In this document: positions 47,001 to 56,691 of the stretch, piece after piece | Layout of the letters: every line of letters starts with the position of its first letter | Position numbering within the stretch: the stretch's first letter is position 1 | Assembly: GCA_049517295.1 (NCBI GenBank) | Contig: JBEKSF010000005.1 | Location: 1-64,000, forward strand | DNA: 64,000 nt | Direction of reading: 5' to 3' | Source of the DNA: Verrucomicrobiota bacterium | GTDB taxonomy: Bacteria; Verrucomicrobiota; Verrucomicrobiia; Limisphaerales; Palsa-1400 | Notes under the pieces: generated by a model | What the model saw: the letters and a program-made list of their open reading frames with translations, nothing else | What the model was told of the DNA's origin: nothing | The model's database searches: none | Translations under genes and position numbers: made by a program

Positions 47001-48843
47001 TTCCCGGTGGCAACGGTGTCGTACAACAGTAGTACATGGGTGTCGAGCCACAGTTCTCCACAACGCTGTAATAGATAATGCAATTCGTTGCAAAGCATCC
47101 GGCTGAACCGTACGCCCCGCCATTGTTCACAACGGTGCAACTGTTCAAAATCGCGTTGAACGCGCCGGCGCCGTAGTCCGACATGGGGCCGCCATTGCTG
47201 CTAATCAGGCAGTTGCAGAGAGAACCCTGATACGCGCCGGCGCCCGAAGCCGAAGCCGTATTGGATACAATCACGCAGTTGGCCACAATTGCGTTTGAAG
47301 AGGCGCACCACACTCCGCCGCCTTCCCAGCTAGTGCCGCCCCATCGCAATGTAAATCCAACTAGCGTCGCATTGTTTGTCAACCACGCGCATCGGACTCC
47401 GCCCGCACCACTGACTGGCCCTCCGCCTTGTATCACTGTCACCCAAGGCCCATTGACGCTTTGAACGGTGACCGCCTTGCTCAATGCAATACGATTAGTG
47501 GTACGGTCCGCCATGTCGCCGGGGAAGTTGGAAATGAGGAGGCCGCCGCTGGCATAAACTCCATTCGTCACAAGGATCAGATCACCCGCCGTTGCGACAT
47601 CAATCGCGTCCTGGATATTGGTCGCCGACGTGCTCCAGTCAAGAAATGGCGGCACAGGATTGGTTCCCGCCCCATTCACACAGTGGACCGCCAGCGTCGT
47701 CACCGCGCTGGTCACAGTCCCGTAGGCGTTGCTCACAATAACTTGGTAGGCGCCGGCATCCGCAATTGTCATATTGCTGACGACCAGCGTTGTGGTCTGA
47801 GTGGAACTGAATTGTCCATTATCCTCAAGTTGAACGCCATCCTTGAACCAAGCGCAGGCAAACGGCGGTTGCCCGTCCACCGCAACGTTAATGTCAAAAC
47901 CGGCAGGGAAAAAACCATATTGAATTTGCGGTGCCATGACCACCAAGGAGGGTTGCCACTCAGCGCAGCCAATAGAGGGAGGATTAGACCAGACCTGCCC
48001 GAAGATGTCCGTGCCGGTGGCCACATTTGTGCCGGCTCCAATGCAGGGCGAGAGATTGGCCAGGTGAATGCCATCGGCAAACAACTGTGGAGGATTGGTA
48101 AAGTTGCCTGTTCCGGACGTTAACTTCGTCGCACAACAATAGCTGGCGCTGCCTCCACTCAGGTCCGTTGCATTGTAATAAATGATGCAATTCGTCGCTG
48201 TGCATTGGTAAGCGCCGTATGAGTTATTGCTGACAATCGTGCAATTGTTCAAATACGCGCCCCATGCGCCGCCACCGCCCGCTCCGCTCGAAACAGTATT
48301 GCTGCAAAGGTCGCAGTTCTTCAGCGTCCCCTGATGGACCGCGGCGCCATTGGCGTAAGCGGCATTCGAGACAATCACGCAATTGGCCACCACGGCGCTC
48401 GACGAGGCGCACCAAACGCCGCCGCCGCTGTCCGTCGGGGCCGTTCCTCCCGTCAGGGTAAACCCAACCAACGACGCATTATTCGTCAGCCACGCGCAAC
48501 GCACCCCGTCCCATCCGTTGACAGGCCCGGCGCCTTGGATCACCGTCACCCAAGGCCCGTTGGCGCTTTGAACCGTGACGGCTCTATCCAACAAGACGCG
48601 ATCACCCGTAATGCCGTCAACAGATTCACCGCCGGTGGCATAAACTCCGTTCGTCACCAAAATCAAATCGCCATTGGTTGCAGCGTCAATGGCGTCCTGG
48701 ATGTTCGTCGCCGCCGTACTCCAGTCGTCGTAGGGTGGAGTGGAATTGGCGCTGTTCGCGTCAACGTAATACGTCGTCGCCGCAACTCTGCCCGCGCAAA
48801 GCAGCCAGAGAGTTCCAAAAAGCAACAGTGTGGTTGTTTTCAT
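44062..48843 (-). CDS. Giant secreted protein (1593 aa) of four tandem ~380-aa modules, each a DUF1565-type right-handed beta-helix followed by an Ig-like domain, plus a distinct C-terminal beta-sandwich
   Basis: Signal peptide MKTTTLLLFGTLWLLCAGRVAA. Each module starts YYVDAN/HCVNxxGTNPVxP(Y/F)xDW(S/T)TAATxIQDAIDAA..GD.ILVTNGVY (DUF1565 signature). Each module ends DGxxLxxNGxFxSTQTxxLVV..xxxADAGxYQxVVSNxYGxxTSAVxTLxV (Ig-like). DNA-level similarity between modules is high (e.g. ggcgcaccacac(t/c)ccgcc recurs at 45085, 46190, 47300 and 48410). Confidence 0.7.
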   Translation of the reverse strand: MKTTTLLLFGTLWLLCAGRVAATTYYVDANSANSTPPYDDWSTAATNIQDAIDAATNGDLILVTNGVYATGGESVDGITGDRVLLDRAVTVQSANGPWVTVIQGAGPVNGWDGVRCAWLTNNASLVGFTLTGGTAPTDSGGGVWCASSSAVVANCVIVSNAAYANGAAVHQGTLKNCDLCSNTVSSGAGGGGAWGAYLNNCTIVSNNSYGAYQCTATNCIIYYNATDLSGGSASYCCATKLTSGTGNFTNPPQLFADGIHLANLSPCIGAGTNVATGTDIFGQVWSNPPSIGCAEWQPSLVVMAPQIQYGFFPAGFDINVAVDGQPPFACAWFKDGVQLEDNGQFSSTQTTTLVVSNMTIADAGAYQVIVSNAYGTVTSAVTTLAVHCVNGAGTNPVPPFLDWSTSATNIQDAIDVATAGDLILVTNGVYASGGLLISNFPGDMADRTTNRIALSKAVTVQSVNGPWVTVIQGGGPVSGAGGVRCAWLTNNATLVGFTLRWGGTSWEGGGVWCASSNAIVANCVIVSNTASASGAGAYQGSLCNCLISSNGGPMSDYGAGAFNAILNSCTVVNNGGAYGSAGCFATNCIIYYSVVENCGSTPMYYCCTTPLPPGSGNFTNAPQLFLDNVHLLSTSPCIGAGTNLVRGTDIFGQPWGNPPSVGCAEWQPVPYPEVLQFQISNTVPGFFIEGAVAGLGPFSCWWLKDGVALQSNGHFNATQTTNLLANGLSVADAGGYQLVASNAYGVVTSMVATLAVHCVDASGTNPVSPYSDWTTAATTIQDAIDAAAGNDVILVTNGVYCSGGVSMDGILTNRVALNKALTVESVNGPWVTVIQGAGITNGPAAVRCAWLTTNAVLIGFTLTEGATGTNGGATTTQSGGGVWCATTNASIVANCVIVTNVASQNGGGVYQGTLYNCLISSNSSGACGAYVNNCTIVSNLAYGISALYPVGSATNCISYYNGNDRQLTYIHCCLPPGNVLGSGNFTNPPQLFTDGVHLMTNSPCIGAGAKVATGTDIFGRAWLNPPSVGCAEWQPAPLVAAPHVLLSTKGVGFTVTNAVVDGQAPLSYWWLKDGVVVQTNGHFSSTQTSGLVVTGVSLADAGNYQLVVSNSYGVATSAVVTLVVHCVNAAGTNPVVPYTNWATAATTIQDAIDAAVAAEIVLVTNGIYDMGGESEDGVITNRVTVDKALTVASVNGYSATTIQGQWDPEMTNGPLAVRCAWLTNGAELAGFTLEGGATQSTGNGASTQGGGVWCASSNAVVCNCVLSNNAAVYGGGIYSGTLNNSLEVMNLAEANGGGAYYTKLKNCTLQDNYIIPAISDAGAGTYNCLVLNCIEVGNMDGYPVSYAEDDYEAAIGYIYAYSNSCILVVSSPLYGGKLISVNPQFLDWYHISTNSPCRGAGSAAYSSGTDLDGQTWANPPSMGCSEVVVSNLVGPLAVNIGYGQTNVLVNAPASYFGEITGRASWASWRFSDHTTVSNVGVSVVHFWTNAGSQTVTFTAYNQSNLTGVSTNILVVVALPEAVTLQPPTLTSNGVEFTIPSQLDATYVVEYATNLTPPITWQKLETIDLSAPGSIQISDVIGTNTARFYRVVAQ
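44400..48780. repeat. Four tandem ~1.1-1.15-kb coding repeats inside the giant protein gene
   Basis: Periodic recurrence of near-identical nucleotide blocks at ~1110-bp spacing: 45085, 46190, 47300 and 48410. Confidence 0.7.
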
Positions 48844-49042
48844 CGGGGATAATCATGTTCATCCGCAAAAAAGCGCGCTCCTCTGTCGCCGGGGGCATCT
48901 GCGTCGTTGCAATGACGACACTCTCCCATCGCTCAATTCGCGACCGGCGGAACATGGCCGCATTCTCCCGAAAAACTTATCGCCCGTCAAGCTTTTATCA
49001 TTAATTCTTATGTCTTGTCTCTCTCCCATTTCATAAGATTCC

Positions 49043-50752
49043 ATGGGATATGTTTATATTTGTTTGGCCCCATCTGCTATAGTGCCGCGCAGTTGTGCGC
49101 GGAAGAATTGTTGCGTGAGTGTCGAGTTGCATTTTAATGATCGGCAAACCGAGGCCGCCCCGGGCGCTTCGCTCTTTGACTGCGCCGAGGCCCTCGGCAT
49201 CAAGGTCCCCACCTCCTGCCGCAAACAAGGCAAGTGCAAGGAGTGCCTGGTCGAAGTTACCGGCGGACACCAGTGCCTTTCTCCCAAAACCCCGGAAGAG
49301 GGCCATTTAAAGGACAATTTCCGCCTGTCCTGCCGCTGCCGCATCGCCGCCCAGTCCGGCGCCGTCCGCTGCCACACGCTACGCCGCGGCGAAATGCGCA
49401 TCGAACAACGCGCCGTCCATTTGCCGGGCGGCGGCCAATCTTTGCCGCTTGACCCCGCCGTGACACGCGACGGCGACCGCATATTGTTGGACGGCGTCGA
49501 GATCGATTGCGCGACGGGACCGATCCTCGGGCTGGCGATGGATTTGGGAACGACCACGGTCGTGCTCCGGTTGTTGAACCTGGAAACGGGCCGCATCGTG
49601 GCCGGCGCTTCCTTCGAGAATCCGCAGCGCTTCGGCGGCTCCGACGTCATGGCCCGGATACAATTCGACACCGACGACGGCAGCCAATTGCTGCAACGGA
49701 CGCTGGCCGGTTACATAACCCGCGCCATCGAGGATTTCCCGGTGGACCCAAAGTCCATTTACGAAATGACGGTGGTTGGGAACTCCACAATGCGCGACCT
49801 CTTCTTTCGACTTGACGTTTATTCCATCGGCCAAAGCCCCTATCGCTCCATCACCGAGTTGGACGTGGCCGCGGGCCGGCGCGCCACCACGAGCCTGACG
49901 GAGTCCGCCGGGCGCCTGGGGCTGCCGCTGCATCAGCGGGCGCGCGTCTATGGCCTGCCGATCATCAGCGGCCACGTCGGGGCCGACGCCGCCGCGTGCA
50001 TGTTGGCGGTGGATTTGGCGCACGAGGAACGGATCGTCGCGCTCATGGACATTGGCACCAACACCGAGGTGATCCTGGGCAACCGCCGCAAAATCCTGGC
50101 CGCCTCATGCCCGGCCGGCCCCGCCTTCGAGGGCGGCAAAATCTCCGCCGGCATGCCGGCTCTGCCCGGCGCCATTGAGAAAATCCAGATACGCCGCGAT
50201 GGCGCCATGCGCGCCCAAGTCATCGGAGGCGGTCCAGCCCAGGGAATTTGCGGCTCCGGCCTCGTCGATCTGTTGAGCCAACTGCTCCGCGCCGGACGCA
50301 TGAACGCGCGCGGCCGCTTCGAGCGCGGCGCCGGCCCCATTCTCCTGGATGTCCCCAGCCAGGAGCCGATTCATTTCAGCGAAAGCGACGTCAGCGAACT
50401 GGCCCAGGCCAAGGGCGCCACCGTCGCTGGCCTGCGCATCATTTTTCACAACTATGGAATTCGATTTGACGAAGTGGATCGGTTTTATCTCGCGGGAGGT
50501 TTTGGACGCCATTTAAACGCCGCCGCCGCCAAAAGGATCGGCCTGATTCCCGACATTCCGGCGGGGAAAATCCTGCAAGTCGGCAACGCGGCCATCGAGG
50601 GCGCCTGCCTGGCCCTGTTGTCCCGGTCCAAACGCGCCGAGTTGGAGTGCCTGGTCCGGGGCGTGACGCATTGCCGCCTGGAAACCCACCCCGATTTCTT
50701 CAACTACTTCGTCCAAGGGTGCCAGTTCCAGCCGCTGCTCTCGCCGCAATGA
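49043..50752 (+). CDS. 2Fe-2S ferredoxin + ASKHA (DUF4445) fusion protein, RACo-like (reductive activator of corrinoid enzymes family)
   Basis: The N-terminal plant-type ferredoxin has Cys cluster CRKQGKCKECLVEV...C. The ASKHA ATPase core has AMDLGTTTVV, DIGTNTEV and CGSGLVD. The probable true start is GTG ~49117 (VSVELHFNDRQ). The track start is over-extended. Confidence 0.6.
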   Translation: MGYVYICLAPSAIVPRSCARKNCCVSVELHFNDRQTEAAPGASLFDCAEALGIKVPTSCRKQGKCKECLVEVTGGHQCLSPKTPEEGHLKDNFRLSCRCRIAAQSGAVRCHTLRRGEMRIEQRAVHLPGGGQSLPLDPAVTRDGDRILLDGVEIDCATGPILGLAMDLGTTTVVLRLLNLETGRIVAGASFENPQRFGGSDVMARIQFDTDDGSQLLQRTLAGYITRAIEDFPVDPKSIYEMTVVGNSTMRDLFFRLDVYSIGQSPYRSITELDVAAGRRATTSLTESAGRLGLPLHQRARVYGLPIISGHVGADAAACMLAVDLAHEERIVALMDIGTNTEVILGNRRKILAASCPAGPAFEGGKISAGMPALPGAIEKIQIRRDGAMRAQVIGGGPAQGICGSGLVDLLSQLLRAGRMNARGRFERGAGPILLDVPSQEPIHFSESDVSELAQAKGATVAGLRIIFHNYGIRFDEVDRFYLAGGFGRHLNAAAAKRIGLIPDIPAGKILQVGNAAIEGACLALLSRSKRAELECLVRGVTHCRLETHPDFFNYFVQGCQFQPLLSPQ

Positions 50753-50806
50753 TGAAATTGGCGGAAACACCGCCCGATGGCACGAAGCGCCATCCCGCGG
50801 GCCGAG

Positions 50807-51886
50807 TCACAGCTTCAAGGCCGCCAACCGGCGTTCAATGTCATTGGCCATCAACGGCTCGATCACGCCATCCAGATCGCCCTCCAGAAAGGTGGCCAGG
50901 TTGTACAGCGTCAGCTCGATTCGATGATCGGTCACCCGGTTTTGAGCAAAATTGTAGGTGCGGATCCGCTCGTTTCGCTCTCCGGTGCCGACCTGTTCCT
51001 TGCGCTGCGCCGCGTACTTGGCGTCCTCCTCGGCGATCCTCATCTCCAGCAGACGCGAACGCAACACCGTCATCGCCCGCACCCTGTTCTTCTGCTGCGA
51101 CCTTTCGTCGGCGCACCGCACCATCATCCCCGTCGGCTTGTAAATGATCTGCACGGCCGAATCCGTCGTATTGACACCTTGCCCTCCCTTGCCCGACGCC
51201 CGGCATACGTTGATTTCCAAATCCTCCGGCCGGATGTCGATATCGACCTCCTGCGCCTCGGGCAGCACCGCCACCGTCGAGGTGCTGGTATGGATGCGGC
51301 CCTGCGCCTCGGTGGCCGGAACCCGCTGCACCCGATGCACCCCGCTCTCGTACTTGAGCCGCTTGAAAACATCCACCCCCGTCACGCCGAATATGACTTC
51401 CTTGAAGCCCCCGAGGTCCGATGGGCTGCTGTCCATGTGCTCCACCTTCCATCCGCGGCCCTCGGCGTAACGGCTGTACATGCGAAATAAATCGGCGGCG
51501 AACAGCGCGCTTTCCGACCCCCCGGCGCCGGCGCGGATTTCGATGATCGTATTGCGCGAGTCCGCGGGGTCGGGCGGCACCAGCCCCATCTGCACCTCTT
51601 TGGCCAGCCCTTTTTCCTTGGCCTCAAGCTGCGCGATTTCCTCCCGCGCCAACTGCGCCAACTCGCTCTCCGCCGGTTCGGACCTGAGCAACTCCGCGTG
51701 TTGAGCCATCTCCTCCACCACTCTCAGATACCGCTGCCCGGTCTCATTGAATTCCTTCAGCCGCGCGTACTCGCGCGACATCTCCTGGAACTTGAGCCGA
51801 TGCTCAAAGAGTTTGGGATCGCTCAACGCCGCTTCGACTTCGCCCATGCGGCGGGCGAATTTTTCAATGTAAGGGCGCAGGTTCAT
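50807..51886 (-). CDS. prfA: Peptide chain release factor 1
   Basis: RF1 tripeptide region RVPATE is present. The GGQ motif lies in RASGKGGQGVNTTDSAV. Length is 359 aa. Confidence 0.9.
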   Translation of the reverse strand: MNLRPYIEKFARRMGEVEAALSDPKLFEHRLKFQEMSREYARLKEFNETGQRYLRVVEEMAQHAELLRSEPAESELAQLAREEIAQLEAKEKGLAKEVQMGLVPPDPADSRNTIIEIRAGAGGSESALFAADLFRMYSRYAEGRGWKVEHMDSSPSDLGGFKEVIFGVTGVDVFKRLKYESGVHRVQRVPATEAQGRIHTSTSTVAVLPEAQEVDIDIRPEDLEINVCRASGKGGQGVNTTDSAVQIIYKPTGMMVRCADERSQQKNRVRAMTVLRSRLLEMRIAEEDAKYAAQRKEQVGTGERNERIRTYNFAQNRVTDHRIELTLYNLATFLEGDLDGVIEPLMANDIERRLAALKL

Positions 51887-51903
51887 CTCCGGCCTTTCCC
51901 GGC

Positions 51904-51943
51904 AAAAAACAACCCGCCCGCAAAAGCGCGAACTTCGGCGGGC
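51904..51943 (-). terminator. Rho-independent terminator downstream of rpmE
   Basis: The minus strand reads CCCGCC-n18-GGCGGG followed by TTGTTTTTT. It sits between the rpmE stop (51961) and the prfA start (51886). Confidence 0.55.
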
Positions 51944-51960
51944 GAGTGAGGCAAAGAAAG

Positions 51961-52206
51961 CTACTTCCTCTTTTTCTTGTTGGCGGCGGCGGCGGCCTGC
52001 GCCGCTTGCGTCTTGACCATCCGCTGCTGGAATTTATCGACCCGCCCGGCGGTATCGACGAATTTCTGGGTGCCGGTGTAAAAGGGGTGGCACACGTTGC
52101 AGATGCCGACCAGGATCACGGGTTTGGTGGAGCGGGTTTTGATCACGTTGCCGCACGCGCAACGGATTTCCGCCGCCACATACTTAGGATGTAAATTCGC
52201 TTTCAT
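51961..52206 (-). CDS. rpmE: 50S ribosomal protein L31
   Basis: [27 protein letters not shown]...[10 protein letters not shown] is canonical L31 with a Cys4 zinc ribbon. The track start is over-extended by 19 codons. Confidence 0.85.
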   Translation of the reverse strand: MKANLHPKYVAAEIRCACGNVIKTRSTKPVILVGICNVCHPFYTGTQKFVDTAGRVDKFQQRMVKTQAAQAAAAANKKKRK

Positions 52207-52269
52207 AGAAGCAAGGCCGCGCAACATACCAGCCACCCGCCCTTTGGCAAGCACCAATTTCACGCCAAT

Positions 52270-52860
<591 letters not shown>

Positions 52861-53006
52861 ATTTAAACCAGAATTTGCGCGCCGGCTTGCGCCTGGGCGT
52901 GTCTCACCTTTGTTGAGATTTCAACTCCCGAAATTGTTGCCCAAACGTGTCCTTCCCGGCCGCGCGCCTGATTTCCCCCCTCTTCGCGTTGGGCCGTTTC
53001 TTGCGT

Positions 53007-53088
53007 TGTGACGGCTTTGGTGACTGTTTGTGACGGCAAATGTGACGGACTAAGTCCTTGATTATCAACACTTGTGACGGTGTGACGG
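53007..53088. promoter_or_regulatory. Array of five direct TGTGACGG octamers (plus a TGACTG half copy) in the trpG upstream region
   Basis: Copies at 53007, 53029, 53041, 53073 and 53081. This is 145-230 bp upstream of the trpG start on the minus strand. It is far above chance for an 8-mer in 82 bp. Confidence 0.5.
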
Positions 53089-53254
53089 CTTTTCCGGGGG
53101 GTATGGGTATGCCAGGACCTCAACGGCGCCCATCCAAATGGGGGCTACCCACCGGAGTCTGTCGAGATCCTCTTTCCTGGAGACTGGGTTATGATTGTGA
53201 GTCTTACACCCCCTCAAGTGGAGAGGAAGACTCCACAAAGGTGGGATGCACCCC

Positions 53255-53851
53255 CTACGCCTTGCGTCTCCGCCCCGGGCGGAACAGTTCCAGTTGCGAG
53301 TCCTTGAAGAAACGGTAGTTCTTCAACACGCGGATGATTTGCAACAGGTCGGATTTGTCGTAATTGCGGTTGACCTCCACTCGCGCGATCAAGTCCGCCA
53401 GCATCGTGTGAAAGGGGATCACGGCATCCACCCCTTTGGCGCGCAGCAACTCGATGATCTGCTCCCGCGCCCGCTCCGTCTGCGCCAAGGCCGGAACAAC
53501 CAGGATTTTCAGCGGCGCAACCTCAGGACTGAACACCCGGGCCGCTTCCTGGAAAACCGCCGGCTCGACGAAACGCACGATGTCCGGCGAATGCTCCAGC
53601 AGGCCGGGGCCGAACAGTTCGCTGTGCCAGCCGCGCACCACCACCACCGCCCGCGCGATCGCCCCGATGTCCTCCGAACGCAACACAAAGGGCGGCGCTT
53701 CCGTCCGGTCCACCGGACGCGGGTTCCAGATAAAAAAATCGATCCCGTCCCGTTCCCCCTTTTCGCGCCCGACGTACTTCCGGCCCTGCCGCACCAGAAA
53801 CCCGTGCAACTCGAAAAACTCGCGGACGATCGTTTCGCTGACGGCGGCCAT
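53255..53851 (-). CDS. Hypothetical cytoplasmic protein (198 aa), translationally coupled to aroB
   Basis: The ORF start overlaps the aroB stop (53851/53853). No recognisable motifs. Confidence 0.45.
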   Translation of the reverse strand: MAAVSETIVREFFELHGFLVRQGRKYVGREKGERDGIDFFIWNPRPVDRTEAPPFVLRSEDIGAIARAVVVVRGWHSELFGPGLLEHSPDIVRFVEPAVFQEAARVFSPEVAPLKILVVPALAQTERAREQIIELLRAKGVDAVIPFHTMLADLIARVEVNRNYDKSDLLQIIRVLKNYRFFKDSQLELFRPGRRRKA

Positions 53852-53852
53852 G

Positions 53853-54957
53853 CTACGGGGAATTGGGTTGGCCGCGCTCTGTCAGGACCTCCTGAATCAG
53901 TTCCGGCGCGACTTTGTAGCCCGGTTCAACCTGCCCGATGCGGCGCGCCAAAACAAACTGGATCTCGCCCCCCGCGACTTTTTTGTCCAATCGCATCGCC
54001 TCCAGCAACGCGGCGCGGCGCGGCGCCGGCAATTTTATGGCGACCGGCAGGCCGGCGCGCGCGAACAGCTTTTCAATCCGTGCCGCCTCCGCAGCGGGCA
54101 AACCGGCCACCCGCGCGGACAACTTCGCCGCCGCCACTTGTCCGATGGAAATGGCTTCTCCGTGCAGGTATTTGCCGTAGCCGGATATGGCCTCGATGGC
54201 GTGGCCGATCGTATGGCCGAAATTTAAGATGGCGCGCAGGCCGCTTTCCGTTTCGTCCTGGCGCACGACCTCGGCTTTGATTTCGCAGCAGCGGGCCACC
54301 ACTTCGCCCAGCACGCTCGGATCGCGCTTGAGCATCAACGCCAAATCCCGTTCCAGCCGCGCGAACAGCCTCTTGTCGTATATAATGCCGTATTTGATGA
54401 CTTCGGCCAGGCCGGCGCGAAACTCCCGCGGCGGCAACGTGTCCAGCGTGGCCAGGTCGCACAACACAAGGCGAGGCTGATGGAACGCGCCCACCAGGTT
54501 TTTGCCCGCCTTGAGATTCACTCCCACCTTGCCGCCCACCGAACTATCCACCTGCGCCAGAAGTGTGGTCGGCGCCTGCGCAAAAGCGATGCCGCGCAAG
54601 TAGGTCGCCGCGACAAATCCCGCCAAATCGCCAACGACGCCCCCGCCCAAGGCAACGATGAATGACTTCCGCTCCAGCCGATGCCGCGCCAGTTGGTCGT
54701 AGCAGGCCTGGACCGTCTTCAAACTCTTGGACTTTTCACCCGCCGCAACCGTAATCAATACCGGGTCAAACCCCGCCTTCCGCAACGAAGCCGCCGCCGC
54801 CTTGGCGTAAAGCGGCGCCACGCGGGAGTCGGAAATAATGGCGCAGCGCCGCCCCAACTGCAGCCGCGCGCAATGCCCGCCCAGGCCGGGGAGAATTCTG
54901 TGCCCAATCAAAATGGGATAACTCCGGCTGCCCAATGAAACATCGACCGTGCGCATG
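53853..54957 (-). CDS. aroB: 3-dehydroquinate synthase
   Basis: Start MRTVDVSLGSRSYPILIGH. The NAD-binding region is GGGVVGDLAGFVAATYLRGI. Metal ligands HTIGHAIE are present. The track ORF has a 78-codon spurious extension. Confidence 0.85.
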
Positions 54958-55011
54958 ATCGGCGAAGAATATGCCGCCCCCCGCGCCGAATCAAAGTTCA
55001 AAGTTTGGTTG

Positions 55012-56301
55012 TCACTCGATCCCTGGCCTGGCGAGAAACTCCGTGAACTGGCTCTTCGTAAAGAAGAACTCCATGTCCACGCTCTTGACGGATTCGGGAA
55101 TGCTGTACCCAAAACCGCCCCGGTAGTTGCTGGGGTAGAGACCTCCGCCTGAAACCACGTTTTTGACCTGCCACCCCGCTTGATCCCCATCCTCCAAATT
55201 CAAAAACCATTCGAACCCGGTGGGCGCGGGACTAATGATCACGCGGGCGCCCTCGCGCGTGAAATGGTACATTTGGATGGCAAATCCCTGCAACTCCGTG
55301 GAAATCGGACTGGCGTTTGCAACGGACAGTCGGTTCACTCTCCAAATTTCATTGGAGTTAAAATCAGCCTGCCGCGTCAGTTCGAATCGATACTTCCAGC
55401 TTTCGGCCGGGGACAGGCAACCGGAAAACTCCGCGTAGATGACTGAGTTGGTTTCCGAAGTCGCAAACGCGGGCGGATTGTAAACGTTCCCCGCGTCGTC
55501 TTGCACCGAAACGCCGGCGACCTTCCATCGCCGGGAAGGGATTTCATTCTGGAGCAATTGCAGACCGGCGCGGGTAAAAAACTCCGTATGCACCCCCTGC
55601 CAGAGTTTAGTCGCAGCACTTGCCTGGATGCGTTCCACGCCCAGCAATACCACACTGATATCGCCCAACTGGTTGGTCTGAGCAATGCCGGGCGCCGTCC
55701 AATGCGAAGCGAGCCGAGGCCCCGCATTCTCCAGCCGGAATTCCGCGCTGTAATTCGTCTGGCGGGCATAATCAAATGGAAAAACTCGCAATCGGATATT
55801 TCCTGACAAATGGCCGCCCATGGGAATCTCAAAACCACATGCCAGATTGGAAGCAGACTGTGAACGGTAGCTTTCGCCGTTGTGTTCAAACTCATTTCCC
55901 AAATCATCGGATACCGTCATAGGCATGGCGCTATACCCGCCGCGAGGCGCCCGTGTCCGCCCTTGGTGGCTCAATTCCACAAAGACAACCATCTCATCTG
56001 CGGAGGTGCTGAACGCGTGAACTCCAGCACCGATCTTTTCCGCCAGTTTGTCCGGCAGAACCCGCCCCACCATCCGTTGCCAGGTATTCCCCGTTACAAA
56101 ACGGTGCCTCTTCCCGTAGGAAACACTCCCCAGTTTGACGATCGTCCCGTCTGGCAATCGTGCCGCGCTTGGTTTCTGCGGTTGGTGAACCAGCCAAACC
56201 GCCCCGCCCACAACGGCAGCGAGCACCGCAATCATTAAGATGTGGCGTCTCCGCACCGAATCAGTATTGCTCGCTGCCGCCGGAAATCGAGCGTTTTCCA
56301 T
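55012..56301 (-). CDS. Hypothetical membrane-anchored protein (429 aa, single N-terminal TM, large extracytoplasmic domain)
   Basis: Start MENARFPAAASN.., followed by the TM segment HILMIAVLAAVVGGAVWLV. No family assignment. Confidence 0.5.
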   Translation of the reverse strand: MENARFPAAASNTDSVRRRHILMIAVLAAVVGGAVWLVHQPQKPSAARLPDGTIVKLGSVSYGKRHRFVTGNTWQRMVGRVLPDKLAEKIGAGVHAFSTSADEMVVFVELSHQGRTRAPRGGYSAMPMTVSDDLGNEFEHNGESYRSQSASNLACGFEIPMGGHLSGNIRLRVFPFDYARQTNYSAEFRLENAGPRLASHWTAPGIAQTNQLGDISVVLLGVERIQASAATKLWQGVHTEFFTRAGLQLLQNEIPSRRWKVAGVSVQDDAGNVYNPPAFATSETNSVIYAEFSGCLSPAESWKYRFELTRQADFNSNEIWRVNRLSVANASPISTELQGFAIQMYHFTREGARVIISPAPTGFEWFLNLEDGDQAGWQVKNVVSGGGLYPSNYRGGFGYSIPESVKSVDMEFFFTKSQFTEFLARPGIE

Positions 56302-56463
56302 ACTCACGACAAGCGCCGGGCGGAAACGCAACGCAAGCCATACAGCCCTCATTCGGCGTAAAATGGATTCGGTTCTTTGATCTCAAATCGAGGCAATCGT
56401 TCGGAGTTGACACAATGCACTTTGTGATACAAAGTATCCCTCGTCTTTTAACATGTCATCTCT

Positions 56464-56691
56464 ATGAAATCACATTGGTTTAAACGTTTCGGCTGGTTTT
56501 ATGTTCCGGTGTCGGTCCCCGGAGCACTGGTTTGCCTGCTGGCTGCGCTGTTCTGTTGGACGGTGTTCAACGCCGTTGACAGGCACTCTCACTCGGTGAG
56601 CGACACCTTCTATGGAGTGTTTCCATTCTTTATCTGCACTTTCCTCCTGCTTGATTGGATTGGCGGACGAACAAGCCAGGACGAGCACTAA
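56464..56691 (+). CDS. Small two-TM membrane protein (75 aa), hypothetical
   Basis: MKSHWFKRFGWFYVPVSVPGALVCLLAALFCWTVF.. carries two hydrophobic helices. It is divergent from the 55012 gene and sits upstream of the ECF sigma gene. Confidence 0.35.
   Translation: MKSHWFKRFGWFYVPVSVPGALVCLLAALFCWTVFNAVDRHSHSVSDTFYGVFPFFICTFLLLDWIGGRTSQDEH

Noticed and set aside
50753-50806. Bidirectional terminator between the convergent ASKHA and prfA genes
   Set aside because: Only a short GGCGG-aaaca-CCGCC hairpin is present, with no U/A tracts on either side.
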